64,000 bases of DNA from an uncultured Gemmatimonadales bacterium (lineage in GTDB: Bacteria > Gemmatimonadota > Gemmatimonadetes > Gemmatimonadales > Gemmatimonadaceae): the NCBI GenBank assembly GCA_963793305.1, contig CAWBZV010000003.1, forward strand, positions 1,312,001-1,376,000, given 5' to 3'. The notes beneath the pieces are model-generated. The model made no database searches and was not told where the DNA came from. It worked only from the letters and a program-made list of their open reading frames with translations. The stretch's first letter is position 1. Each line of letters starts with the position of its first letter. This document shows positions 30,040-41,125 of this stretch, piece after piece. The position numbers were made by a program, and so were the translations under genes.

Positions 30040-30891
30040 ATGCTGAAGTATATCGCAGTCGCCTTGCTCCAGATCACTCAAGGAACCACGACGGTCGGAT
30101 CCGTTAAGATCCATTACTTGCAGTCCGGCCCGACCAAGTCGGACCACGCGTTGGTTCTGATCCCGGGTTGGCGCCTGCCAGCGTATCTCTGGACGGAGCA
30201 GCTGACACACTTCGGGGCGACCGAGCGCGTGATCGCGATCGACCCGCGCTCTCAAGGCCCGTCGACGAAGACGACCGAGGGCAACACCCCCGAAGTCCGC
30301 GCGGCCGATCTCCACGGCGTACTCGCCAACCTCGGCGTGGCCCACGCAACCCTCGTCGGTTGGTCGCAGGGCGCGCAGGATGTCGCGGCCTACTTGGCCG
30401 AATTTGGCACGTCGACTGTGGATGCGGTGGTCCTGGTCGACAGTCCTGTGTCGTGGGGCCCGGCTGAAGTCGACGCGCACCCGGCGTTCTCGAAGATTAT
30501 TCTGTCAGGCATCCCGAATTACGCGAAATCCCCCGAGGACTATTCCCGTGGGATGGTCCGCTCGATATTCGTCCAGCCGCATCCCGATCTCGATATAGAC
30601 AAGATCGTGCAGTCAACGATGCAAACACCGCCAGATATCGGCGTCGCGATGCTCACTCAGGATATTTTCGGCGCCGATCGTCGCCCACCGCTCCGTGCGC
30701 TCGACAAGCCAGCCTTGATCCTGGCCGCGGGAAAATCGCCGTTGCTCGATCTGCAGAAAGAAGAGGCCGCGACGATACCGGGATCGCAATTCGTGGTGAT
30801 CGAGAACGCGGGCCACGCGGTCATGGTCGACCAACCCGCGCGGTTCGACAGCGTCCTCGCCGCGTTTCAGTCGGCGGGCAAGACCAAGTGA
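30040..30891 (+). CDS. alpha/beta hydrolase (non-heme chloroperoxidase-like)
   Basis: LIPGW, IDPRSQGPS, GWSQG nucleophile elbow, AGHA. Confidence 0.88.
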   Translation: MLKYIAVALLQITQGTTTVGSVKIHYLQSGPTKSDHALVLIPGWRLPAYLWTEQLTHFGATERVIAIDPRSQGPSTKTTEGNTPEVRAADLHGVLANLGVAHATLVGWSQGAQDVAAYLAEFGTSTVDAVVLVDSPVSWGPAEVDAHPAFSKIILSGIPNYAKSPEDYSRGMVRSIFVQPHPDLDIDKIVQSTMQTPPDIGVAMLTQDIFGADRRPPLRALDKPALILAAGKSPLLDLQKEEAATIPGSQFVVIENAGHAVMVDQPARFDSVLAAFQSAGKTK

Positions 30892-33337
30892 TCGAACGCC
30901 TCGTACCCACGCAATGGCTCGAGCGCGCGATCGGTGTGCAGGGTCAGGTCGTACGGCTTACCCTGCGTAAACGCGGCGCGTAGCAACTCGACCGCCCCGG
31001 GCCGCTCGCCGAGTTGCGCCGCTATTCGCGCGCGTTGATACGTGTTGCGTCCGAATAAGTACGGGGGCTGCATCGCGGCGAGTTGCGCCGAGTATCGCTC
31101 CGCCGCTGCCCGGTCACCCTTTCGTGCCGCGGCCACACCCAGCCCGCCAAGCGCATCTATATCCCCGATCGACACCCAGATTGATTCGGCCGCCGCGGGC
31201 TGACCAGAAGCGTCGTATGCTTCGGCTAATCCACTCTTATCAGATGATTGCGTCTGGAACCAGCGCACGGCCCGCGCGTAGAGCGCTTGATCAGGGTGCC
31301 CATGCGCCCGGAGCTCGTCGGCCGCAATGAGCATGAGACGTCCGGTGTTCATGGTGTCGCTCGGGACCCAGGGCAATGTCTCATCGAGACGCGACGAGAA
31401 CGTCCGCTGACCGCCCCATAGCCGCGAGGGCGCGGACTTCCGCGGCCATCGTCCGCCAGCCGTTCGGAAACCGGTCGCGTCCTTCCTTCGCGATCGCCAG
31501 CTCGGCGCGGTGATCGCCGATCATGTGATCGGCGGCCGCCGGCAACATCCAGTACCCGTCCCACCCTTTCATCCACCCGCGATTCGCGTCGACGCCTTTG
31601 AGCGCCGCGAGCGCGTGGTGCGGATGGTCGAGCATGAGCTCGAAATACCCGACGTTCGAGCAACCCCTCGCTGCCCGGCGCCGCGTCGACCATCTCGTGC
31701 GACGTGCGGACGGCGGCGGCCCAGTCGCCATGGATCTGCGCGATCGAGTTGTCGAGAAAGAATCGATCGAACGGCGCGAGCTCGGCCCGGCGTGCGGCGA
31801 GTCGCGTAATCAGCGAGTCGGCGCTCGCGTACTGGTGCGTCGTGAGGTACGCGTCGACCGTCCAGAGCACCGGTTGTGCGTAGGTCGAGTCGAGCGCGGC
31901 CGAGCGCAGGTAATGCGCGATCGCCTCGCGTTTTTGGCCACGGGTCTGGAAATCGAGCCCTTGCTCGAACTCCTGGTAGGCCTCGTACGTTGGCGGCGAC
32001 GTCGCGCGCTGGATCTCCTCGCTGAGGCGCGGATTGTACAACAGGGCCAGCGCCCCCGTGACGTGCTCGCGCAGCCGATCGACCGCGACGAGTGGCGCGC
32101 GAACGGGCCCGCTCACGGGATCGACGCTCCGCAACAACCGCCCCACGCGCGCGTCCGAGATCTGCGCCTGAAATCGGAGCGAGTCGCCGTCGCGGTAGAA
32201 GCTGCCCCAGACGATCGTCCCGGCGCCGGTCTGTTCCGCCAGCGCTCGGACCGCCGCGGGCCCGGCTCCGACAGGCGTTCTCGCGGCGAGCATGGCGGTT
32301 CGCGCATCGACGACGTCGACGAGTCCGGTCTCCGCCAGGCGCTGCGTCACCCAATCGGCCGCCATCAGCCCGACGGGGTTGAACGCGCTGTCACCCGTGT
32401 TGTTGTCGAACCGCGCCACGAGCACGCGCGTAGGCACCAACACCGGCCCGCGCATGGCTCGCCACTCGGTGATGGCATGCACGCCTACGGCAACGATGGC
32501 CAGTCCCGCAACCAGGGCGATGATGAGGCCACGTCGCTTCGGCGGCTCGGATTTCGGCGCGGCCGCTTGCGGCACGCTCGGTCGCCGAATGGCGGCTGGC
32601 GTGCGGCGCTTGTGGGGCGCAATGGGAATCGCCTGCTCCGGCGAATCACGGAGCTTCGTCGCATACGCCGTCACCGAAGCATCAGGCGCCGCGTCGAGCT
32701 CCTGTCGCACCAACGTCTCGTACACCCGGGCGTGCTGCAGCGCACCCGCGCGATCCCCGGAGGCGGCCAGTGCGTGCATGAGCTCGAGCGCCACTTCGGC
32801 GTCGAGTGGATCGGCCGACGCGAGCCGTCGACACCAGCCGGCTTCCGCGCGCGGATCCCCGCGATCGTGTGCGTCGGCCGCCAGCGTCCGCAGCGCTTTG
32901 CGATATCGCTCGGCGAGATGCGACCGCTGCCCCTCGACCCAGCGCTCGAACTCCGGCGCGTCCGGCACGTAGAACCCGTCGAGAAACGGCCCCCGATAGA
33001 TCGCGACCGCGCGCTCGTGCTCCTTCCGCTCGAGCGCCTGCTCGAACTCCGCCAAGTCGCTGGTGATCGCCTCGGGATTGAGGCGAAGCTCCGTCGTTCC
33101 GAGCACGAGATCGTCGCGCCCGAGATCGCGCCGCAGCGAGTACACGGTCTGCGCCAGCACGCGCCGGGCTTTCTCGTCATCACTGTCCGGCCATAGCTGG
33201 TTTATCAACTTCGCGCGCGCGACGCCGCGGTCGCCGGCGGCAGCGAGGATGGCGAGCACGGCCAACGGACGCCGCTGCCCGGCGGCGCCGCCGTCGCGGT
33301 CGATGGATAGACCACCGAACGTCCGGACCCGGAGCAT
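30867..33337 (-). CDS. SARP/BTAD transcriptional activator with C-terminal TPR region, two apparent frameshifts (31651-31657, 31398-31404)
   Basis: LRVRTFGGL, LWPDSD, YRGPFLDGF, ADPLD..ALELM; deleting one base at each motif fuses three ORFs into one of about 822 aa. Confidence 0.85.
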
Positions 33338-33339
33338 GG

Positions 33340-34308
33340 TCAGGGAACGAGGAGAATCTTGCCGGCCGTACGACGCGACTCGAGCGCGCGTTGCGCGTCC
33401 GCGGCGTCTTTCAGCGGGTACTCGTGCGCAATCCGCACCTTGAGCTCGCCGGCTTTGATCCACGTGAACAGATCGTTCACCCGTCCCACCATCTCGTCGC
33501 GCGTCGCGGTGTAACTGCCGAGCGTCGGGCGCGTGAGATAGAGCGAGCCCTTGCGATTCAAGATCTGGGGATCGATCGGTGGAACCGCGCCGCTCGACGC
33601 GCCGAACAGCACCATGTATCCGCGCGGCCGGAGACAGTCGAGGCTCGCGTCAAACGTTGCCTTCCCGACCGAGTCATACACGACATCGACACCCTGGCCA
33701 CCGGTGTACCGCGCGACCTCGGCCACCACGTTCTGCGTCGAGTACTCGATAGTCTCGTCCGCGCCGTCGGCACGGGCGATCTCGGCCTTGGCCGCCGTGC
33801 CCACGCTCCCGATCACCCGCGCGCCCCGCCGCTTGGCGATCTGGACGAGCAATCCCCCGGTGCCGCCCGCAGCCGCGTGGATGAGACACGTCATTCCGGG
33901 CGCCAACGGATACGTCAATGTCGCGAGATAATGCGCGGTCATCCCTTGCAGCATGACCGCCGCGGCTACGTCGGTAGCGACGCCATCGGGAATCTTTACG
34001 AGCTTTGCCGCAGGGACGGCTTGCAGCTCCGCATACGCTCCAAGCGGTCCCTCGTACGCGACCCGGTCACCAACGGCCAACCCGGCCACGCCGTCGCCGA
34101 GGGCGACGATCGTTCCGGCGCCTTCCGTGCCTGGGATAAAAGGCATGGGCACTGCATACATCCCAGTCCGCCGGTATACGTCAATGAAATTGACGCCTAT
34201 GCCCGCGAGGCGAACCAGCGCTTCGCCGGGGCGAAGTTGAGGGTCGGTTACGGTTTCGTAGCGGAGGACCTCTGGTCCTCCGTTTTCGTGTACACGGATG
34301 GCCTTCAT
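33340..34308 (-). CDS. qor: NADPH:quinone oxidoreductase (MDR family)
   Basis: GGPEVL, GVNFIDVYRRTG, LQGMTAHYL, HAAAGGTG, YDSVGK, LTRPTL. Confidence 0.93.
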   Translation of the reverse strand: MKAIRVHENGGPEVLRYETVTDPQLRPGEALVRLAGIGVNFIDVYRRTGMYAVPMPFIPGTEGAGTIVALGDGVAGLAVGDRVAYEGPLGAYAELQAVPAAKLVKIPDGVATDVAAAVMLQGMTAHYLATLTYPLAPGMTCLIHAAAGGTGGLLVQIAKRRGARVIGSVGTAAKAEIARADGADETIEYSTQNVVAEVARYTGGQGVDVVYDSVGKATFDASLDCLRPRGYMVLFGASSGAVPPIDPQILNRKGSLYLTRPTLGSYTATRDEMVGRVNDLFTWIKAGELKVRIAHEYPLKDAADAQRALESRRTAGKILLVP

Positions 34309-34311
34309 GGG

Positions 34312-34341
34312 TTGACAAGTTATAACGTCGCCGCGTAGTCT
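34312..34341 (+). promoter_or_regulatory. sigma70-like promoter for the Cys leader / sulfurtransferase
   Basis: TTGACA (34312-17), 18-nt spacer, TAGTCT (34336-41), then 5 nt to ATG 34347. Confidence 0.7.
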
Positions 34342-34346
34342 CCGAC

Positions 34347-34412
34347 ATGCGTCGCGAAACCGTCACGTTCTGTTGTGCTACCGCCAATCTGCGGCCAAGG
34401 CGACATACGTGA
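34347..34412 (+). CDS. putative cysteine-sensing leader peptide MRRETVTFCCATANLRPRRHT
   Basis: 21-codon sORF with tandem TGT-TGT, overlapping alternative hairpins, upstream of a terminator and the sulfurtransferase. Confidence 0.7.
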   Translation: MRRETVTFCCATANLRPRRHT

Positions 34413-34444
34413 CGGACTGACAGCATAATTGTCGCGTTTTCCCC

Positions 34445-34477
34445 GGCCGCTCCGATTACCGAGCGGCCCTTTTTTTT
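34445..34477 (+). terminator. intrinsic terminator (attenuator) in the sulfurtransferase leader
   Basis: GGCCGCTC-cgattacc-GAGCGGCC followed by C and 8 T, 12 nt before the ATG. Confidence 0.85.
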
Positions 34478-34489
34478 CCCCGAGGAACT

Positions 34490-35386
34490 ATGTCGACCGC
34501 TACCACCACTGTGGATCCGGAGATCGAGAAGAAGGGGTACGCCCAGCCCGAGGTGTTGGTCAGCACGAATTGGCTGGCCGAGCATCTCCATGACCCGAAT
34601 ATCCGCATCCTGGAGAGCGATGAGGACGTCCTGCTCTACGACACCGGCCACATTCCCGGCGCGCAAAAGGTCGATTGGCACACCGACCTGAACGATCCGG
34701 TCATCCGCGACTACATCACGCCGGCCGCGTTCCAAGCGCTCCTGCGCCGCCTCGGCATCGATGAGTCGACGCCGGTCATCTACTACGGCGACAAGAACAA
34801 CTGGTGGGCGACGTATGCCTTCTGGGTGTTCAAGCTCTTTGGCTTCGAGAACGTGCGCGTTCTCGATGGCGGGCGCGCGAAGTGGGAGGCGGAGAAGCGG
34901 GAGTTCGTCACCGATCGGCCGAAGTTCGAGCCCTCGACCTACACCGCGCCGCAGCGCGACGACAAGCACATCCGGGCCTTTCTCGAGGATGTGAAGAAGC
35001 ATCTCAACGCCAAGGGCAAGCTCGTCGACGTGCGTTCGCCGCAGGAATACACCGGCGAAAAGCTCCACATGCCCGACTACCCGCAGGAGGGCGCCCTCCG
35101 CGGTGGGCACATCCCGACGGCCAGGAGCGTTCCTTGGGCTCGCGCCGCGAATCCCGACGGCACGTTCAAGTCCGCCGAGGACCTCCGCGCCATCTACGAG
35201 AAGGAGCAGGGGCTTAACAAAGGCGACGAAGTCATCGCCTACTGCCGCATCGGCGAGCGGTCGTCACACACGTGGTTTGTGCTGACGTACCTCCTCGGAT
35301 ATCCCAAAGTCCGGAATTACGACGGCAGCTGGACCGAGTGGGGGAACGCCGTGCGCGTGCCGATCGAGCAGGGGTCGGGCAAATGA
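34490..35386 (+). CDS. tandem-rhodanese thiosulfate sulfurtransferase (CysA/SseA type)
   Basis: [54 protein letters not shown]. Confidence 0.95.
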   Translation: MSTATTTVDPEIEKKGYAQPEVLVSTNWLAEHLHDPNIRILESDEDVLLYDTGHIPGAQKVDWHTDLNDPVIRDYITPAAFQALLRRLGIDESTPVIYYGDKNNWWATYAFWVFKLFGFENVRVLDGGRAKWEAEKREFVTDRPKFEPSTYTAPQRDDKHIRAFLEDVKKHLNAKGKLVDVRSPQEYTGEKLHMPDYPQEGALRGGHIPTARSVPWARAANPDGTFKSAEDLRAIYEKEQGLNKGDEVIAYCRIGERSSHTWFVLTYLLGYPKVRNYDGSWTEWGNAVRVPIEQGSGK

Positions 35387-35448
35387 TACTCTTATGTATC
35401 GTGTGATCCATTAACGCCTCAGGGAGTATTGGCGGGGATCATGTTACT

Positions 35449-36924
35449 TTGCCCCCGCCAATGCTTCTTAAGTTCGTCGTTGCGCTGAGTATCGCGGTAC
35501 GTATCGGCGCGCAACAACCGGCGCCGCCGAGTCGGGCGCTCTCGCTGTCCGACGCCGTCGGTACCGCGCTCGGCCAGAGCGAGACGATGACGATCGCTCG
35601 CGCAGGTCTGACGCGCGCCCGCGGGCAGGTCCTGCAGGCGCGCGCGCCGTTCCTGCCGCAGCTCTTCGGCACGTTGAGCTATACCCGCACGATCAAGTCG
35701 CAGTACGCCGCTCTGACGTCCATCCCCAAGAACCAATTCGAGCTCTGTACGATCCAGCTCGACTCCACCGCGACCGGGGCGCAGCGGCAAGCCGCGCTGG
35801 CGGCAGCCCAAAGCTGCCCGTCCCAGTTCTCCGGCAACATCTTCTCGAGCGTCGGCATTGGCGCGCTGAACGCCTACAACCTCGGCCTCTCGTTCTCGCA
35901 GACCCTGTTCGATGGCCAATTCCTCGCGGCGCACGCCGCCACGGCTCCGCGCGAGGCTGCGGAGATCGAGCTCGGCGCCCAGCGCGCGCAGGTCATGTTC
36001 GACGTCGCGCAGGCGTACTATGATGCCGCACTCGCCGACGAGCTGGTGACGATCGCGGATTCGACCCTGGCGATGGACGAGCGCACACTGGCCCAGGCGC
36101 AGTTGGCCCGGCGAGTGGGCAACCAGTCGGAGTTCGACCTCCTCGAGACGCAGGTGACGCGCGACAATCAGATCCCGGTGCTGGTTCAGGTGAAGGCCGA
36201 GCGCGATCAGCGATACTTGCGGCTCAAGCAGTTGATCGGGCTGCCGCTCGACGCGCCGCTGGCCCTGACGACCGGGGTCGAGGACGGGACCGATCTGCCG
36301 GGGGGTATGCGACTCGCCTCGCTCAACGACAGCATGCCCGGCGTAGTCGGCGATACCACGGTCGACCACCGTTCGAGTGTGCGCGAGCAGCACGAGGCGG
36401 TCGTCGAGACAGAGGCGCTCGTGTCATCGAGTCGCGGCGAGTACCTGCCGTCGCTCTCCTTGACCTCGAGCTACCAGCGGGTCGCCTTTCCCACGGGCGG
36501 GCTTCCCGCCTGGAATAGCTTCTTGAACAATTGGACTATCGGCGTGACGGCGTCCGTGCCGATCTTCAATGGATTCAAAACGCACGGGGATGTATTGATC
36601 GCCGAGGCCAACCTCGAGACCGAGAAGGCGCGGTACAACCAAGCGCGCGACGCGGCGGCGCTCGACGCGCGGAGCACGATAGCGGAGCTTCGCGCGGCCG
36701 AGGCCAGCTGGCGCGCGGTGTCGACGTCGTGGCTGCAGGCGGTGCACGCGTACGAGATCGCGGAGCTCCGCTATCGCGAAGGACTCTCGTCGCTGGTCGA
36801 GTTGAACGGGGCTCGGATCGCGCGTCAGCAGTCGTTCTCGAATCGCGCCCAAGCGGCCCGCAACGTCCAGGTCGCCCGCATGCGCGCCGCCCTGATCCGC
36901 GACCTCCCACTGGCGACGCGATGA
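35449..36924 (+). CDS. TolC-family outer-membrane efflux protein
   Basis: Signal peptide; FDVAQAYYD, YLPSLSL, SVPIFNG, RYREGLSS. Confidence 0.88.
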   Translation: MPPPMLLKFVVALSIAVRIGAQQPAPPSRALSLSDAVGTALGQSETMTIARAGLTRARGQVLQARAPFLPQLFGTLSYTRTIKSQYAALTSIPKNQFELCTIQLDSTATGAQRQAALAAAQSCPSQFSGNIFSSVGIGALNAYNLGLSFSQTLFDGQFLAAHAATAPREAAEIELGAQRAQVMFDVAQAYYDAALADELVTIADSTLAMDERTLAQAQLARRVGNQSEFDLLETQVTRDNQIPVLVQVKAERDQRYLRLKQLIGLPLDAPLALTTGVEDGTDLPGGMRLASLNDSMPGVVGDTTVDHRSSVREQHEAVVETEALVSSSRGEYLPSLSLTSSYQRVAFPTGGLPAWNSFLNNWTIGVTASVPIFNGFKTHGDVLIAEANLETEKARYNQARDAAALDARSTIAELRAAEASWRAVSTSWLQAVHAYEIAELRYREGLSSLVELNGARIARQQSFSNRAQAARNVQVARMRAALIRDLPLATR

Positions 36925-38006
36925 GATATCTCCTGGCGGCCTCGCTGTTGCTCACCGCCGCGTGTAGTCGCCGCGACGCGAGCGATACACGCGCGCAGCG
37001 CGTGATCGAGCTCGGCGTGGAAGATATCGCGATCGTCGCGACCGATGTCGTACGAAGCGGCCCCGCGATCGCTGGCACGCTCGCTCCGACTCGCAACGCG
37101 CAGCTGAGAGCCGAAGTCGGCGGCGCAGTATTAGAGACGCTCGCCGACCAAGGTCAGCACGTCGCCGCAAATCAAGTGCTCGCCCGCATCGATGCCGCGA
37201 CAATCCGCGACGCCTATGTCTCCGCGAAGTCGGCCGTCTCGACCGCGCAGCTCGCGGCCGATTACGCCGACCGGCAGGTCAAGCGCTTCGACACGCTGTT
37301 GGCGGCCGGCGCCATCGCCGAGCGGGACCACGAGGGCGTGGTCGAGCAAGATGCCCAAGCGCATTCGGCGCTCGCCAATGCCAAGTCCGGTCTCGTCCAA
37401 GCCGAGAAGGCGCTGGCCAACACTGAAATTCGCGCTCCGTTCGCGGGTGTCGTCAGTGAGCGTGACGTCAGCGCGGGCGATGTCATCGGGCCCGGCAGTC
37501 CAATGTTCGGCGTCGTCGATCCCAGTCGCTTGCAATTCGAAGCGACTGTTCCCGCCACACAGATCGCGTCCGTTCACGTAGGCGACGCCGTGTCGTTCGC
37601 GCTCAATGGCTATGGTGGCCGCACGTTCAGTGGTTCGATTGTGCGAATCAATCCGGTTGCCGACCCGGCGACACGGCAGGTTCAGGTTTTCACCGAAATC
37701 AAGAATCCGGACAACAGCATTGTCGGCGGACTCTTCGCGACGGGCCGCATAGTCACCCAATCGTCGCGCGGTCTCGTCGCGCCCATCACGGCGATCGATA
37801 CCAGGTTCCTGAAGCCAAGTGTGCTCCGACTGAGAGATGGCAAGATCGAGCGAGTCGATGTCGCACTCGGCCTCCGCGACGATGTGGCCGAGCGAGTCGA
37901 GATCACCGCTGGTGTCGCGGCCGGAGACACGCTGTTGCTCGGCCAAGCACAGGGCCTGACCCCTGGCACGCCGGTACGCGTGACCCGGATGGCGGCCGAG
38001 CGGTAG
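36921..38006 (+). CDS. RND periplasmic adaptor subunit
   Basis: Lipobox TAAC; LRAEVGG, IRAPFAGVV, INPVADPATR. Confidence 0.9.
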   Translation: MRYLLAASLLLTAACSRRDASDTRAQRVIELGVEDIAIVATDVVRSGPAIAGTLAPTRNAQLRAEVGGAVLETLADQGQHVAANQVLARIDAATIRDAYVSAKSAVSTAQLAADYADRQVKRFDTLLAAGAIAERDHEGVVEQDAQAHSALANAKSGLVQAEKALANTEIRAPFAGVVSERDVSAGDVIGPGSPMFGVVDPSRLQFEATVPATQIASVHVGDAVSFALNGYGGRTFSGSIVRINPVADPATRQVQVFTEIKNPDNSIVGGLFATGRIVTQSSRGLVAPITAIDTRFLKPSVLRLRDGKIERVDVALGLRDDVAERVEITAGVAAGDTLLLGQAQGLTPGTPVRVTRMAAER

Positions 38007-38010
38007 CCGG

Positions 38011-41000
38011 ATGTTCATTTCCGACTTCGCGATCGAGCGTCCGATCCTGACGACGGTGACGATGATCGCCCTCGTCGTGTTCGGCATATTCGCTCTGATC
38101 AAAACGGATATCGACGAATACCCGGACGTCGCCTCGCCGGTGATCTCGGTCTTCGTCCCCTATCCGGGCGCGACCCCGCGCCAGGTCGAGCGCGAAGTGA
38201 TCGACCGGTTGGAGGAGCAGTTCAGCGCGATCAGCGGTCTCGATCACCTCGAGTCGACGGGGGTCGACGGGTTCGCCGAGGTCACGGTCATCTTCCAATT
38301 CGGCAAGAGCGTCGATCAAGCCGCACAGGATGTGCGCGACGCCATCGCCGAGGTGCGCGACCAGCTCCCATCGGAGGTCCGCGAGCCGATCATCCGAAAG
38401 TACGATCCCTCGGCGCTCCCGATCGTATCGCTCGCCGTGACGTCCGAGAGCATGAGTCCGGCCGAGCTCACCATACTCGCCGATCCCGGCATCACGAAGG
38501 AGTTGCGCGGGATTCTGGGCGTGGCTCAGGTCACCGTCGAGGGCGGCGACGAGCGGACGATCGCCGTCAATCTGCGGCCGCGCGACCTCGAGGCCGCCAA
38601 TGTCAGCGTCGGCGAGGTCGTGTACGCGCTCAATACCCAGAATTTGGCCGCACCGGTCGGCAGTGTCACCGGCGCGCTGACCGAGCGGACGATCCGGCTC
38701 AATGGTCGCCTGCAGTCGCCGGACGACTTCACACAGCTCGTCGTTGCCCAGCGTGGTCCTCCGCCTCGCCTGGTTCGCCTCGGCCAGATCGCCGACGTCA
38801 AGGACACCGTTGTCGAAGCCCGCTCGCTCGCGCTCTACAACGGGCGCCCAGGTATCGGGATCGATATCACGAAAGCGAAAGGGACCTCGACGACCCGCGT
38901 GGCCGACGCGATCAAGACGAAGCTCCCGGACATCCGCCGGACGCTCCCACCCGGCGTGGAGTTGACGCTGGTGCAGGATGCCGGGGTGCGCGTCTCGCAA
39001 TCCGTCACAAACGTCGAGGAGATGCTCGTCGAGGGAGCCGTACTCACAGTCCTCGTGGTCTTCGTTTTCCTGAACTCTTGGCGCTCGACGGTGATCACAG
39101 GCCTTGCACTCCCGGTTTCTACACTGGCCGCATTCATAGCCGTCTGGGCGTTCGGCTTCACGCTCAACACGATGTCGTTGTTGGGCCTCTCGCTCGCGAT
39201 CGGGATCCTGATCGACGACGCGATCGTGGTGCGGGAGAACATTGTTCGCCATATAGAAATGGGCGAGGACCATATCGAGGCCTCGCACACGGCGACTGAC
39301 GAGATTGGGCTGGCGGTGACGGCGACTACGCTCTCGATCGTCGCCGTCTTTGTGCCGGTGGCGTTTATGCGGGGCGAGGCGGGCCAATGGTTCAAGCCGT
39401 TTGCGCTGACCGTTGTCTGCGCCGTGCTGGTTTCGCTCTTCGTGTCATTCTCACTCGACCCAATGCTCTCGGCCTATTGGCCGGACCCCCAACTCGAGTC
39501 ACACCAACGCCGAAATCCGATTGGCAGGGCGCTAGAGCGATTCAACACCTGGTTCGACCGTCAAGCTGACGCATACAAGGGCGTGATTGCCTGGGCACTC
39601 GACCATCGCTGGACCATGGTGGCACTGGCCGTGCTTTCCTTTGTCGGTGCGATCTCTCTCCAAGTGATGTTCGGCGGCGCCGACCTGATCCCAAAGAGCG
39701 ACCGCTCCGAGCTCAACATTGTCGTACAAACTCCTCCAGGTTCAAACCTCGACTATATGCGGTTAAAGCTCGCCGAGATCGAGCGGGTCCTGCGTTCGCA
39801 CCCGGAGGTGCAATCCACGTATTCCACGGTCGGGAGCGCCGCGGGCGAGATCGATTCGGGATCGGTCTACGTGCGTCTCGTCCCGAAGGGACAGCGCCGC
39901 ATGTCCCAGACGGCGCTCACCGAAGTGATACGCCCCGAACTTTCGCGGCTGGGCGGCGTCACCGCCTACGTCTTCGAGCCGAGCCCGGCGGGGAATCGCA
40001 AGCAGATCCAGATCAAGCTGCGTGACGAGGGCGCGGGATACGCGACGCTCAGTCGGTTCGCCGACCAGGTGATGGGTGCGGTGCGCCAGGTCAACGGCGC
40101 CGCGGACGTTCGGGCTCTCGACGAAGGGGGACCGGCCCGAGTTGCAGATCGATCTCAATCGCCCGCTCGCGGCGACCATGGGCATCTCGGTGAGCGACGT
40201 CGCGGCCTCGTTGCGGCCCGCGTTTGCGGGCCTGCACGTCGGTGACTGGGTCGACCCCACTGGCAAGACGCGCGACGTGACGGTCAGATTCGCGGCCGAT
40301 GCCCGCGCGAACGCGACGGACCTGCAGCAGCTCCCCTTGCTGCTCTCGTCCGACAGAGGCCCGACCACGATCCCACTGGGCGCGGTCGCGTCGGTCACGA
40401 CTTCACTTGGCCCCGCCGCGGTCGAGCACTTCGGCCGCGATGAGGTGATCAGCGTCGAGGCCAACGTCGAAGGTCGATCCCTGAGCGAAGTCTCGAACGA
40501 CATCAATGCCCGGGTGGCTCGGCTGGCCACGCCGCCGGGCATTCGCATCACGCAGGGCGGAGAGGTGAGCGATCAGGCCGAGGTCTATGGCGACATCATT
40601 GCCGCCCTCGGCCTCGCGGTGCTGCTCATGTACTTGATCCTCGTCGTGCAGTTCGGATCATTCCTCGATCCGCTGACGATCATGATGGCGCTGCCGCTCT
40701 CGCTCATTGGCGTGGTGCTCGCGCTCATGATCACGGGCGAAACGCTGAATATTCTCAGCATGATCGGCGTCATTCTCCTCATGGGCATCGTCACCAAGAA
40801 CTCGATCTTGCTGGTCGACTTCGCGATCTGGGCCAAACAACGCAAACAGATCTCGACGCGCGATGCGTTGATCGAAGCCGGCCGCATTCGTTTACGCCCG
40901 ATCCTCATGACCACCCTGGCGCTCATCGCCGGCATGCTGCCGGTGGCGATTGGCGCCGGCGTCGGCGGCGATTTCCGTCGGTCGTTGGGGATCGCGGTGA

Positions 41001-41116
41001 TTGGCGGGGTCATCACCTCGACGGTGCTGACGCTGCTCGTGGTCCCGACGTTCTACGAGATCCTGGATGGCGCACGGGCGTCTTTCCTGCGCGCCATCAA
41101 GAGTTCCGGCGACTAG
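38011..41116 (+). CDS. RND efflux permease, one apparent frameshift at 40105-40111
   Basis: ISDFAIERP, GILIDDAIVVRENI, KNSILLVDF, RLRPILMT; one-base deletion gives ADVGLSTKG. Confidence 0.92.
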
Positions 41117-41125
41117 GTTTTCCAG

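Noticed and set aside
34340..34480. SAM or other riboswitch, or T-box, upstream of the sulfurtransferase
   Set aside because: I could not identify riboswitch or T-box consensus elements by eye; the Cys sORF with alternative stems explains the structure better. An Rfam scan would settle it.
10592..41116. Calling the frameshifted RND and SARP genes pseudogenes or programmed frameshifts
   Set aside because: No other decay and no slippery heptamers; all breaks share one motif, so a systematic sequence error is more parsimonious.
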